Assembly (NCBI GenBank): GCA_965204725.1
Contig: OZ242005.1
Coordinates: forward strand, 3,168,001-3,232,000
Reading direction: 5' to 3'
Length of the DNA: 64,000 bases
Source of the DNA: Candidatus Latescibacterota bacterium
Lineage (GTDB): Bacteria > Latescibacterota > UBA2968 > UBA8231
Shown: piece after piece, positions 9,527-19,424 of the stretch
How positions within the stretch are numbered: position 1 is the first letter of the stretch
How the letters are laid out: each line of letters starts with the position of its first letter
Program-made: the position numbers and the translations under genes
The notes under the pieces: generated by a model
Database searches by the model: none
Seen by the model: the letters and a program-made list of their open reading frames with translations, nothing else
What the model was told of the DNA's origin: nothing

Positions 9527-10381
9527 TTGAACTGGTTTGAAAAAATGAAAACGGGGATTAAGTCGCTAATAAAGCGTGAAATTCCCCAAGGCATCTGGAT
9601 CAAGTGCAAAAATTGCGGCCGTTCCAACTACGAGATGGCACTGCGACGCAGTCATTGGATCTGCCCGGAATGCGCCTGTCACTACCCCATCGGCCCCAAA
9701 CAATACATCGACATCCTCGTTGATGACGGTACTTTTGCCGAAATTGACCCGGACGTGATGCCCGTTGATCCGCTCAAGTTCAAAGGCTATAAGGACAAAA
9801 TCAAGAAGGGGCGGCGCGAAAGCGGCATCAAGGAATCCGTACGCACTGGCATCGGCCAAATAGACGGGCAGCCCATTGCCCTCGCCGTTATGGACACGCG
9901 CTACCTCATGGGGACTTTGGGCGGCGCGACCGGCGAAAAGATCTGCCGCCTCATCGACCGCGCCATGGCCGAGCGCCGCACCCTAATCGTCATCTGCCAG
10001 TCTGCCGGGGCCAGAATGCAGGAGAGCACCTATTCCCTGATGCAGATGGCCCGGATCAGCGCCAAGCTCAATCAGCTCGCGCAAAACGGCTTGCTCTACA
10101 TTGCCATTCTCACGGACCCGACCTACGGGGGCGTCACCGCCAGCTTCGCCATGCTCGGCGATGTTGCCTTGGCCGAACCTGGGGCGCGCATTGGGTTTGC
10201 CGGGCCAGCCGTCATCCAGCAGTTCCTCGGCACAGATACCCCCTTTCCCGAGGGCTTTCAGAAAGCCGAGACCGTCCTCGAACACGGCTTTATCGACCGC
10301 ATCGTCCCGCGCGACCGCATGGCGGCGGAACTGGCGCGCTTGATCGCACTTTTATCTCCGCAGACAGCCAGCCACGCCTAG
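9527..10381 (+). CDS. accD: acetyl-CoA carboxylase carboxyltransferase beta subunit
   Basis: WIKC..C...CPEC Zn finger, SAGARMQE, PTYGGVTASFA, IGFAGP. Confidence 0.95.
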   Translation: MNWFEKMKTGIKSLIKREIPQGIWIKCKNCGRSNYEMALRRSHWICPECACHYPIGPKQYIDILVDDGTFAEIDPDVMPVDPLKFKGYKDKIKKGRRESGIKESVRTGIGQIDGQPIALAVMDTRYLMGTLGGATGEKICRLIDRAMAERRTLIVICQSAGARMQESTYSLMQMARISAKLNQLAQNGLLYIAILTDPTYGGVTASFAMLGDVALAEPGARIGFAGPAVIQQFLGTDTPFPEGFQKAETVLEHGFIDRIVPRDRMAAELARLIALLSPQTASHA

Positions 10382-11691
10382 AAATTGTGCCCTAGGCTCA
10401 GCCAGACATCCTTTTGCTCGTCGGCGACGCCGCCGCCCATGCGGATTACGAGATCGGCGTCCCAGACCATTCGCACCCCCGCCCCGCCGCTGACGTGCAG
10501 GCCCGACCACCCGATGCGGTGCAAGTCGGGCCAGACCCGGCCCGAATCGAAAAAAACCATTCCTTGCCACTCTATGTACTGTCCGTAAAACCAGATGTCG
10601 TACAACTGGTAGCGCAATTCCATATTGGACAAAAAGCGCACGTCGTCTGTAAACCGCTGGGTGTCGAACCCTCGCAGCGAATCGCTCCCGCCCAACCCCT
10701 TGACCCGGCGACTGCCCCCAATCTCGCCGTAGGCATAGAGCGGTACTTCGCCGCTGAGAACCTCCAGCAGGAGGCGATGCGAGAAATTCAACCGCGGCGA
10801 CAGGGGGATGTGGTAGGCGTTGGTCAGGGTCACGCGGCTAAAATCAATAGACTCAAAGAACAGCGCCAGCAGTGAGTTGCTCGCCGACTCGTATGAACAC
10901 TCCAGAAAGATGCCGCGTCTCGGCACCACTTCGTCGTCGCGGGTATCCCATTGGAGAGTCGCACCGATAAACCCCGAAAACCCATCGATCACTCCGTCGG
11001 GAGTGCCGCGCTCCAAATAGAATGCCTGTGTTCCCCGCGGGTCCACATCGACGCGCTCCAGCCCAACGCCGACCGACATGGATACTGCGCCGTAGAGCTG
11101 GCGAAAAAGGCTCGCCAAGATCCGCGGATTTCTTTCTAGAATGTAGTAGTAGTAGTTCTCGTCTTTGAAATCAGGGCTGTTGGGCTCGATAAAGTCTCGA
11201 TTGAACGCGCTGGCGTTGCCCAACCCATAATAGCGTGTGCGCAGATCGCGCTCGCGGACCAACTCCAACCTCAAGCCAAAACCCGTCCCCGAAATCCGGG
11301 GCACTCTCAGCCGGACGCGGTTTTTTAGTTTGCCCTTAGAGGACTGCTGGACGTGCAAAGTCAGCTTGTAGAGATAGGGCTGCGCCCGGTAATCGGCCCA
11401 GTGGACGCGCGCTCCCCAGTTCCAGCCCGTGTTGAGGCTGGGATACGCAAACGGAAGGCCGGTGACGCCGTAGGGAATGCCCCGCAGGGTAAACTGGTGT
11501 CGCTTTGCCATCCAGCGCACCGCTTCCACGGTCTGCTCGGTCGCCGACTGCGAAACCTTGGCCAGCAGCGGGGCCGAGGGCCGGCTGTGGGTGGAATCGA
11601 CGCGGGCTGCGCCCTCGCCCCACGCACCCTGTGCGAACAATAGGACGACTATACCGCTGCCGTTTGTGAGAAGCCGCTTAATCACGACCAT
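10378..11691 (-). CDS. Omp85/BamA-TamA family outer-membrane beta-barrel protein
   Basis: WDTRD..V.P..G, LRGF...RF, ELRY, FFDSG, terminal LGHNF; signal peptide. Confidence 0.8.
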   Translation of the reverse strand: MVVIKRLLTNGSGIVVLLFAQGAWGEGAARVDSTHSRPSAPLLAKVSQSATEQTVEAVRWMAKRHQFTLRGIPYGVTGLPFAYPSLNTGWNWGARVHWADYRAQPYLYKLTLHVQQSSKGKLKNRVRLRVPRISGTGFGLRLELVRERDLRTRYYGLGNASAFNRDFIEPNSPDFKDENYYYYILERNPRILASLFRQLYGAVSMSVGVGLERVDVDPRGTQAFYLERGTPDGVIDGFSGFIGATLQWDTRDDEVVPRRGIFLECSYESASNSLLALFFESIDFSRVTLTNAYHIPLSPRLNFSHRLLLEVLSGEVPLYAYGEIGGSRRVKGLGGSDSLRGFDTQRFTDDVRFLSNMELRYQLYDIWFYGQYIEWQGMVFFDSGRVWPDLHRIGWSGLHVSGGAGVRMVWDADLVIRMGGGVADEQKDVWLSLGHNF

Positions 11692-12514
11692 CTCGTTTCA
11701 CCGCGCCGCGCTCAAAGCGCGGGCGATCGGCCGAGCTTATTGGAGCGTCGAGCGCATAGCAAAGCGGCGTAATCGCGACCGCGCCGCGCCTCAAGGCTTC
11801 CACATCGCTATTCGCTCCATCGCCGACTACCTGTAGCTGACAGCCGTGGTACGCGAAATGCGGCTCAACCGCATGCCGAGCGAATAGCGGACCATAGCTC
11901 GTCTTGGCTAAGCCCGTCAGGCGTCGCGGCGATTCGCGCCTAGTGTTGGCGGGCATATTCACCGCGAGCATGTCGGCACCAGCCGGCAATCCCCCACGCA
12001 AGAGCTCGGCCGCGATGTCAGCGGTGACGGCCGCGGCCGCCGCGACCAGCGCGTCGAGCGCGGGATCGAGCCGCCGCGCCCGCCGCCAGAGGGCAAAAGC
12101 CGGTTTGGGCAGTTCTAATGAAAAAGCTGCGGACGGCACCCCGGCGAGAAGGCCCTCTACGGCCGCCCCTATCGTGCCGGAACTCAGGGTGAGAGCGAGG
12201 CCGGAGTTGACGCCCACATTGATGCCGGAAAGGACTAAGGCCGGCTTTGCGGAGCAGAGGTTGTGAATGCCGATATTGGCGCAGTCGGCTGGCTTGCCGG
12301 TCAGCGTCTGGACGGGGAAGCCACCGCATTCTATTTCGGCTAGTGCCAACGGCTCAAAGCGGCTCATGCTCTTGCTGGTCCAACTGCATTCTGCCGCCGG
12401 TACGACCACGCAGAGCTCGGCCAACTCGGCCAACTCCCGCAGCAAAGGGACCAAAATAGGCGAATCGGCACCGTCGTCGTTTGTCACTAGTACTTGGGGG
12501 GGTGTAGCGGTCAC
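11678..12514 (-). CDS. surE: 5'/3'-nucleotidase SurE
   Basis: LVTNDDG, G.PADC, SGIN.G.N, SGT.GAA.EG, ITPL. Confidence 0.9.
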   Translation of the reverse strand: MTATPPQVLVTNDDGADSPILVPLLRELAELAELCVVVPAAECSWTSKSMSRFEPLALAEIECGGFPVQTLTGKPADCANIGIHNLCSAKPALVLSGINVGVNSGLALTLSSGTIGAAVEGLLAGVPSAAFSLELPKPAFALWRRARRLDPALDALVAAAAAVTADIAAELLRGGLPAGADMLAVNMPANTRRESPRRLTGLAKTSYGPLFARHAVEPHFAYHGCQLQVVGDGANSDVEALRRGAVAITPLCYALDAPISSADRPRFERGAVKRDGRD

Positions 12515-12634
12515 GGTCGTTTTCCCCTTTGTTTATGGACGCGCTCTTGAATGGCGTCATTATAATAACAATCCGCCATTCGGCTCCCAACAATTTCCTT
12601 GCTTAGCCGCAGCCTGTGGCCCTATTATTTTTTT

Positions 12635-12898
12635 ATGGATGACTCCACTCTCCTACAGGAGCTTGAAACCCTCGTCGAAGGGCTGGATATCGAGGTGCGC
12701 TACGACGATTTCGAGGGCCGAGGTGGACTCTGCCGCTATGGCGGTAGGTCCTACTTGATCGTCAACCACGAACTCGATACCGGAGCCCGCGTGCATTTGC
12801 TTTGCCGCGTCCTTTCGCGGCTGCCTATCGACTCGGTCTTTATCCGTCCCCAAGTGCGCGAGCGGATCGAAAAATGTAGATCGCCCGCAGCGACCTAA
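12635..12898 (+). CDS. hypothetical protein
   Basis: 87-aa ORF with normal composition (MDDSTLLQELE...GGLCRYGG...IRPQVRERIE), divergent from surE. Confidence 0.7.
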   Translation: MDDSTLLQELETLVEGLDIEVRYDDFEGRGGLCRYGGRSYLIVNHELDTGARVHLLCRVLSRLPIDSVFIRPQVRERIEKCRSPAAT

Positions 12899-12994
12899 TC
12901 GCCTACAGTTCAGCGACGGACCGCGCCCAGATCCGGGACGGGGCCGCGAACTTTCCCGACAAAATTCACCGCCCGAAGGGCGGCCTGCGCTTCC

Positions 12995-13023
12995 TTGACA
13001 GCCCCTATGTCATGGTCTATTTT
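12995..13023 (+). promoter_or_regulatory. sigma70 promoter of rpmI-rplT
   Basis: TTGACA-N17-TATTTT ending 37 nt before the rpmI ATG. Confidence 0.7.
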
Positions 13024-13060
13024 TGCTCTTTCTGCCTACAATCAAGACAGCAGGATCATC

Positions 13061-13258
13061 ATGCCCAAAATCAAGACGCACAAATCCTCGGCCAAGCGCA
13101 TCAAGCAGCGCGGCTCGGGCCGCCTCAAGCGGCGCAACGCCTATGCCACTCACCTCTTGAGCGGCCGCTCGACCAAGCGCAAACGGGCTTTCCGCAAAAA
13201 CAGTCCGGTCTCGTCCGCAGACTCAGCCAATGTTCGCCGGGCCCTCAATCTCAAGTAA
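13061..13258 (+). CDS. rpmI: 50S ribosomal protein L35
   Basis: MPKIKTHKSSAKR...HLLSGRSTKRKR. Confidence 0.95.
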   Translation: MPKIKTHKSSAKRIKQRGSGRLKRRNAYATHLLSGRSTKRKRAFRKNSPVSSADSANVRRALNLK

Positions 13259-13281
13259 GCGAGTTTAACGGAGAATAATCC

Positions 13282-13635
13282 ATGCCCCGGGTACGTCACG
13301 CCGTAGCCACCAAAAAGCGCAAAAAGAAGGTCCTCAAACAAGCCAAGAGTTATTGGGGGGCGCGCAGCCGCCTCTTCCGCACCGCTCGCGAAGCCGTCGA
13401 TCGCGCACAAGCCTATGCCTACCGCGATAGGCGTCAGCGCAAGCGGGACTTTCGCCGTCTCTGGATCGTCCGCATCAACGCCGCCGCCCGCCGCAACGGC
13501 ATGTCTTATAGCCAGCTCGTCCACGGGCTAGGCCAAGCCGGCGTTGCAATCAATCGCAAGGTTTTGGCCGATTTAGCCGTGCGCGATCCGGCCGCCTTTA
13601 CCGCGGTGGTCGAACAAGCCCGGCCCCACGTCTAA
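13282..13635 (+). CDS. rplT: 50S ribosomal protein L20
   Basis: MPRV...[26 protein letters not shown]...NRKVLADLA. Confidence 0.97.
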   Translation: MPRVRHAVATKKRKKKVLKQAKSYWGARSRLFRTAREAVDRAQAYAYRDRRQRKRDFRRLWIVRINAAARRNGMSYSQLVHGLGQAGVAINRKVLADLAVRDPAAFTAVVEQARPHV

Positions 13636-13650
13636 ATTCACATCCATCTG

Positions 13651-13693
13651 ACAGAAAGGGGTCGGCGATATGCGCCGGGCCCTTTCTGTTCTT
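13651..13693 (+). terminator. intrinsic terminator after rplT
   Basis: acagaaaggg-gtcggc...gccgggc-cctttctgt stem followed by T-rich tail. Confidence 0.7.
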
Positions 13694-13700
13694 TAGGTCT

Positions 13701-14711
13701 ATGTTAGAAGAAGTGCGACAATTGGAGTCGATAGCCGTAGAGGCAATCGAAGCCGCCCGCGACGATCAGGCACTAGAGGCCCTGCGAGTTCGCCACCTCG
13801 GGCGCAAGAGCCGGCTGCGCCAGATTGCGCGGCAGATCGGCCACCTGCCCGCGGCCCAACGACCTGCACTAGGGGCGGCCACCGGGCGCGCCCAAAAGGC
13901 CATTCAGCAGGCTTTAGACGACAAGGCCCTAGCCCTCCAGCAAGAGGCCGACGCGGCTTCCGTCCTCGACGTAACGCTCCCGGGACGACGGCCCCTTTTG
14001 GGCTGTGCCCACCCCCTGTCCGAGCTAACCGACGAATTGATCAGCATCTTCCAAGGCATGGGGTTCGACGTGGCCGATGGGCCGGAAGTCGAGGACGAGT
14101 ACCACAACTTCGACGCCCTCAACACGCCGGCCGATCACCCCGCCCGCGACCTACACGACACCTTCTATCTAGAAGATGGTGGACTCATGCGCACTCACAC
14201 CTCCACGGTGCAGATCCGCGTCATGGAGCAAACGCCGCCGCCAGTGCGGGTCGTCTCTTTGGGGTGCTGCTACCGCAAGGAGACGGTCGATGCAACCCAC
14301 CAGATCGCCTTCCACCAGATCGAGGGCCTATACGTCGATCGCCGGGTCTCTTTCGCCGATTTGAAGGGGACTATTGAGGCCATGGGACGCCAGCTTATGG
14401 GCGAGGAAACCCAAGTGCGCTTTCGGCCTCACTTCTTTCCCTTTACCGAGCCGAGCGTGGAATACGACTTCACCTGCATCTGCAAGCGACAATCTGCGAA
14501 CTGCTCTATATGCAAGGGGACGGGTTGGATCGAAATCGCCGGGGCCGGCATGGTCGACCCGGCCGTCTTTGCCGCAGTGGGCTACAACCCAGACGAATAT
14601 ACGGGCTTTGCCTTCGGCATGGGATTGGAGCGAATCGCCATGATCCGGCACGGCATCGACGACGTGCGGCGCTTCCTCGAAAACGACTTGCGGTTCATCC
14701 GCCAGTTCTGA
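13701..14711 (+). CDS. pheS: phenylalanine-tRNA ligase alpha subunit
   Basis: HPARD..DTF, RTHTS, FHQIEG, FPFTEPS, GFAFGMGLER. Confidence 0.97.
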   Translation: MLEEVRQLESIAVEAIEAARDDQALEALRVRHLGRKSRLRQIARQIGHLPAAQRPALGAATGRAQKAIQQALDDKALALQQEADAASVLDVTLPGRRPLLGCAHPLSELTDELISIFQGMGFDVADGPEVEDEYHNFDALNTPADHPARDLHDTFYLEDGGLMRTHTSTVQIRVMEQTPPPVRVVSLGCCYRKETVDATHQIAFHQIEGLYVDRRVSFADLKGTIEAMGRQLMGEETQVRFRPHFFPFTEPSVEYDFTCICKRQSANCSICKGTGWIEIAGAGMVDPAVFAAVGYNPDEYTGFAFGMGLERIAMIRHGIDDVRRFLENDLRFIRQF

Positions 14712-14728
14712 GGTCTCGGCACCGCCTT

Positions 14729-17119
14729 ATGAAAATCACTTATAACTGGCTCACGGAATACGTGGACTTTGCCTCGGATTGGCCCGAGCTAGCCGAGCGC
14801 CTGACCATGGCCGGCTTGGCATTCGAGGGAGCCGAAGATCTCGGGGCGCGCTACGAGGGCGTCGTCATTGGCCGCGTCAATGTCTGTCGCCCGCACGAAA
14901 ACGCCGACCGTTTGACCGTCTGCCGAGTCGATGTGGGGACCGGGATCAACACCATCGTCTGCGGCGCACCCAATGTCGTGGCCGGGCAAACCGTCGCCGT
15001 CGCCCTGCCCGGCACTACGCTGCCCGGAGGGATGCAAATCAAAAAGGCCAAAATCCGCGGCGTCGCATCCGAGGGCATGCTCTGCGCCGAAGACGAGCTC
15101 GGGTTGGGCGATAGCCACGACGGCATTTTGGTGCTCGACAAAGACCTCCCGGTCGGCACCCCCTTTGCCGCGGCCACTGGGCTCGACGATGTGGTCATTG
15201 ACTTCGAGGTTACGCCCAATCGCCCGGACTGCCTGAGCCTCTGGGGCATTGCCCGCGAGGTCCACGCACTCACCGGCGGCCTCTTGCGCCCTCCCAACGC
15301 ACAGGTCCCCGAAAGCGGACCGGCGACGGAGCAAGACGTGCGGATCGACATCGAGGCCCCGGACGACTGCCCGCGCTACGTCGGCCGCATCGTGCGCGGC
15401 GTTGAGGTCGGCCCTTCGCCCGAGTGGCTCCAGCGCCGGCTCCACGCCGTGGGTCAGCGCCCGATCAACAACATCGTCGATGTCACCAACTACGTACTGC
15501 GCGAATTGGGGCATCCTCTACACGCTTTCGACCTGCACGCACTGGACCAGCGGCGCATCATCGTCCGCCGGGCGCGCTCCGGCGAGACCTTAGAAGCCCT
15601 CGACGGCACCCGGTGTCCGCTCGACGAAGAGATGCTGGTCATCGCCGATGGGACGCGGCCCCAAGCACTAGCCGGGGTGATCGGCGGTGCTCATTCCCAA
15701 GTATCAGCGGCCACCACGGATATTCTGCTCGAAAGCGCGTATTTCACCCCCGCTCGGGTGCGGCTGGCTCGGTCGCGCCTAGGGCTTTTCACCGAGGCGG
15801 CCATGCGCTTTGAGCGCGGTGCCGATTGGGACGCTCCAGTACAGGCGGCGGACCGAGCCGCTCGCCTAATCGCCGAAGTGGCCGGCGGAGCGGTCGCCCC
15901 CCATCCGCTAGACGTGTACCCCCGCCCCGGCCAGTGCCGCCAGATCCCGCTCTGCGTCGATCGCACCAACCAACTCTTGGCTACGGACCTAGACTCCGCC
16001 GCCATTGGCCAGATTCTCGCCCGCCTCGGCTGCCAAGTTCAATCGGGCCACCCCCTCGTGGTAACGGCCCCGAGCTTTCGCCCGGACCTAACGCGCCCGG
16101 TCGACCTCATCGAGGAGGTTGGCCGCATCTACGGCTTCGACCGCATCGAGGGCCGCCAAGAGGCGTCTGGCCCTTGGATTACTCAGCGCGATCCCGAGCT
16201 CACGCTTAGGCCGCGCGCTCGGCAGCGGCTCTTGGGCCTAGGTTTGGACGAAGTCGTCAGCAATACAATCGTTGAATCCCGCTGGCTCGAGTGGGCCGGG
16301 GCCACCGACCAAGCGGCCCGCTTGGCCAATCCGCCGACCGAAGCCCAAGACGCGCTGCGTACTACCTTGGTGCCGAGTCTCTTGGATGTGGCGTGTCGCA
16401 ACTTCAACCAGCGGGCTGCGGGGGTGGCTATTTTCGAGCTGGGCAAGTGCTTTGTCGCCAGCGCGGAAAAGGGGGCGCGGCCCGAGGAACGCTGGCGCCT
16501 CGCAGCCCTGTGGTCGGGCCGCGTCTCAGCCTCTCCCTATCAAGCCGACGCCCGCGAGGCCGACTTCTTCGACCTCAAGGGCTTGCTCGAAGCGTTCGTG
16601 GGTGAGGCGGATCTGCGCTTTACCCCGGCCGACCGCCCCGAATGCCGCTCGGGACACGCGGCCAGCGTCTCCCTCGGCGGCCAACCGCTCGGCTGGTTGG
16701 GCCAAGTTTCGGCCGGCTTGTGCTCGGCATTTGATCTAGAGCGTCAAGTACATATTTTTGAAATATCGTTCACCGCGCTAGCTCGCCATTGGCACAGCCG
16801 GGAGCGCTCCTTTTCCGCGCTGCCCAAATTTCCGCCGATCGAGCGCGACTTGGCCGTAGTCGTACGCGCAGACACTGCAACCGCCGAACTCATAGCCACC
16901 ATGCGAGATAGCGCACCCCGCCTCGTCGAATCCATCGAGGTTTTTGATTTCTATCAAGGGGATCAAATAGCAGAAGGCCACAAGAGCATAGCTTTTGCCA
17001 TTCGGCTGCGCGACCGCGAGCAGACCTTGCAAGACGCTCAGGCCGACGCAGCGATCGCCGCAATGCTCAAGGGCCTCGCAGCGCGGTTCGGCGCTCGCTT
17101 ACGCTCATCCCAACCCTAA
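14729..17119 (+). CDS. pheT: phenylalanine-tRNA ligase beta subunit
   Basis: MKITYNWL, VCGAPN, TPNRPD, RFERG, DLIEEVGR, RDLA; start at 14729. Confidence 0.97.
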   Translation: MKITYNWLTEYVDFASDWPELAERLTMAGLAFEGAEDLGARYEGVVIGRVNVCRPHENADRLTVCRVDVGTGINTIVCGAPNVVAGQTVAVALPGTTLPGGMQIKKAKIRGVASEGMLCAEDELGLGDSHDGILVLDKDLPVGTPFAAATGLDDVVIDFEVTPNRPDCLSLWGIAREVHALTGGLLRPPNAQVPESGPATEQDVRIDIEAPDDCPRYVGRIVRGVEVGPSPEWLQRRLHAVGQRPINNIVDVTNYVLRELGHPLHAFDLHALDQRRIIVRRARSGETLEALDGTRCPLDEEMLVIADGTRPQALAGVIGGAHSQVSAATTDILLESAYFTPARVRLARSRLGLFTEAAMRFERGADWDAPVQAADRAARLIAEVAGGAVAPHPLDVYPRPGQCRQIPLCVDRTNQLLATDLDSAAIGQILARLGCQVQSGHPLVVTAPSFRPDLTRPVDLIEEVGRIYGFDRIEGRQEASGPWITQRDPELTLRPRARQRLLGLGLDEVVSNTIVESRWLEWAGATDQAARLANPPTEAQDALRTTLVPSLLDVACRNFNQRAAGVAIFELGKCFVASAEKGARPEERWRLAALWSGRVSASPYQADAREADFFDLKGLLEAFVGEADLRFTPADRPECRSGHAASVSLGGQPLGWLGQVSAGLCSAFDLERQVHIFEISFTALARHWHSRERSFSALPKFPPIERDLAVVVRADTATAELIATMRDSAPRLVESIEVFDFYQGDQIAEGHKSIAFAIRLRDREQTLQDAQADAAIAAMLKGLAARFGARLRSSQP

Positions 17120-17139
17120 TCAGGAGTACTGCCGCCCCA

Positions 17140-17421
17140 ATGGATGTAAACAAAAATTTTGAACTCCTCGAGCAGCACATCAACCGCCTAGCGGAAGAGC
17201 TCAAAACGCTCCGCCAAGAAAACGACACCTTGAGTGGACAGGTCGAGAGCCTCAACGAGCAAAACGGCACACTACAGGCTGAAATCCAAAGCCTCCACGA
17301 ACAAATCAACGCCGCCAGCAGTGAAAACGAACAGTTCAAAAAGGATAATGAAGCGGTAAAGGGACGCATCGAACAGCTCCTCAGCCGCTTGGATAACGTC
17401 GTCAGCAGTGAAAACGAATAG
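17140..17421 (+). CDS. zapB: cell division coiled-coil protein, ZapB-like
   Basis: Continuous heptad coiled coil ending RIEQLLSRL; located between pheT and zapA. Confidence 0.7.
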   Translation: MDVNKNFELLEQHINRLAEELKTLRQENDTLSGQVESLNEQNGTLQAEIQSLHEQINAASSENEQFKKDNEAVKGRIEQLLSRLDNVVSSENE

Positions 17422-17472
17422 CACCCACCCAGCGTCTGGCCGAGATAAAGTCGTCTGAGAAAGGGGTCTAGT

Positions 17473-17787
17473 ATGTCGTCCCAAGTAGTGGTCAAAATTT
17501 TCGACAAGCACTACACTCTGGGGGTCGATCAAGATCACTCCGCCGAATACGTGCAGAAGCTGGCCGAGATGGTGGACGAGCGCATGCATGAGATCAGGCA
17601 CGAGATCAAAGGCGGCTCTCCACTCCAAGTAGCCATCTTGGCCAGTCTGAGCTTGGTGGAGGAACTCCTATCCCTGCGGGAGGAACACGCTTCCACCGAA
17701 GCCGATGTGGCACTGCGGACTTCTCAGCTCGCCACCTCGCTTGGGCACCTTTTCGCCGAGGTGGATGCGCCCCGCTCCGATAGCTAA
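17473..17787 (+). CDS. zapA: cell division protein ZapA
   Basis: V.IF...Y.L, LA..VD.RM..I, VAILA.L; synteny. Confidence 0.85.
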   Translation: MSSQVVVKIFDKHYTLGVDQDHSAEYVQKLAEMVDERMHEIRHEIKGGSPLQVAILASLSLVEELLSLREEHASTEADVALRTSQLATSLGHLFAEVDAPRSDS

Positions 17788-17849
17788 CGCACCCGCGCAC
17801 TCCGGCCAGACGCCTGCCGGCATCTGCGACCAATGAGAAAGAGATCCCC

Positions 17850-19424
17850 GTGTTTGATGGGTTTGACTATCTAGTCCTGATAGGCTGTGCCTTCGCCTTT
17901 TTCGCCATCGGCTGTCTCCTCGGCTGGTTGGGGAACGGGCGGGTGCGCAACAGCAGACTGCGCGGCACGCAAGCGACCGCCGACCAAATAGTCTCCCGCG
18001 CCCGTCAAGAAGCCGAAGCCCTAAAAAAAAACGCCTTGCTCGAAGCGAGGGACGAATGGCACAGCGAGCGCGCTCCGCTCGAAAAGGAGCAAGAGACGCA
18101 AAGACGCTCGCTGCGCGACCTCGCGGCCAAGCTGCTAGAGCGCGAACAGCAGCTAGAGCGCAAAATAGACCTGCTCACGAGCAAGGAGCGCGAACAGCGC
18201 AAGAACGAGCAGGATCTCAACCGCCGCGAGGCCGCCATAGCTGCGGCCGAAACGCAAGCACAGGACTTGGTTCGCCAGCAGAGCCAGCGGCTCGAAGAAC
18301 TGGCTGGCATCAGCCAGCAAGAGGCCCGGTCCATACTCGTTGATCAGCTAGAGCAGGGCGCACACCAAGTCGCCGCCCGCAAGGTCCGCGAGATCAAGGA
18401 CACCGCGATTGCCACGGCCAACCTAGAGGCCAAGGAAATTATCACCCGCGCCATCCAGCGCTTCGCTGGGGAACTGACCGTCGAGAGCACGCTTTCGGTG
18501 TTGCCCATTCCCTTCGACGACATGAAGGGGCGCATCATCGGCCGCGACGGGCGCAACATCCGCTCCTTTGAAATGATCACCGGCGTCGAAGTCATCGTCG
18601 ATGATACCCCCGGCATGGTCATGCTGTCGGGTTTTGACCCCCTGCGCCGCGAGGTCGCCAGATATACCCTCGAAACGCTCATCCGCGACGGGCGCATCCA
18701 CCCCGGGCGCATCGAGGAAGTGTACGACAAGGCGCGTAGCACCGTTGAGGAGATGATCCGCGAGTCCGGCTCCAAAGCCGCCTTTGACCTCGGCATCCAC
18801 GACTTATCCGAGCCGCTCCTAGAAACGCTGGGCAAGCTCCGCTTCTGCACCAGTTACGGACAAAACTTGTTGATCCACAGCAAGGAAGTGGGGTTTTTGG
18901 CTGGCATGATGGCCGAGATGCTCGACCTCGATGTAGCGCTGGCCCGCCGCACGGGTCTCTTGCACGACATAGGCCAAGCACAGGATTTTGAGTTGGGCAA
19001 CGACCTAGCGCAAAGCAGCGCCGTTTTGGCCCGCAAGTGCGGCGAAAGCCCCGAAGTCGTGCAGGTCATCGAAACCTACAGCAAACACACCCCCTCGCGC
19101 TCGGCCATCGCCGTATTAGTCGAAGCCGCCAACGAAATCTCTACGCACCGCCCGGGTGCGCGCAAAGAAAAGGTCGAGGAGTACATCCGCCGCTTGCAAC
19201 ACATCGAGGAACTCGCGGCCGACTACGTGGGCGTCAAGCAAGCTTTTGCCCTGCAAAACGGCCGGGAGATTCGCGTCTTGGTCGATAGCGAGATGGTGGA
19301 CGACACCTATGCCGAGCAACTCGCCGACGAAATCACCCACAAAATTGAGCAACAGCTCGATTACCCCGGGCAGTTGCGCGTCTGCATTATCCGCGAAATG
19401 CGCGCCGAGTCTTACGCGCGGTGA
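17850..19424 (+). CDS. rny: ribonuclease Y (HD domain partly degenerate)
   Basis: N-terminal TM, coiled coil, KH domain (KGRIIGRDGRNIR), LLHDIG, RPGAR, GREIRV. Confidence 0.92.
   Translation: MFDGFDYLVLIGCAFAFFAIGCLLGWLGNGRVRNSRLRGTQATADQIVSRARQEAEALKKNALLEARDEWHSERAPLEKEQETQRRSLRDLAAKLLEREQQLERKIDLLTSKEREQRKNEQDLNRREAAIAAAETQAQDLVRQQSQRLEELAGISQQEARSILVDQLEQGAHQVAARKVREIKDTAIATANLEAKEIITRAIQRFAGELTVESTLSVLPIPFDDMKGRIIGRDGRNIRSFEMITGVEVIVDDTPGMVMLSGFDPLRREVARYTLETLIRDGRIHPGRIEEVYDKARSTVEEMIRESGSKAAFDLGIHDLSEPLLETLGKLRFCTSYGQNLLIHSKEVGFLAGMMAEMLDLDVALARRTGLLHDIGQAQDFELGNDLAQSSAVLARKCGESPEVVQVIETYSKHTPSRSAIAVLVEAANEISTHRPGARKEKVEEYIRRLQHIEELAADYVGVKQAFALQNGREIRVLVDSEMVDDTYAEQLADEITHKIEQQLDYPGQLRVCIIREMRAESYAR

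Noticed and set aside
14510-14728. N-terminal extension of PheT
   Set aside because: Overlaps pheS; the family N-terminus begins at MKITYNWL (14729)
17788-17849. 6S RNA often found after zapA
   Set aside because: The spacer is only 62 bp, too short for a roughly 180-nt 6S RNA
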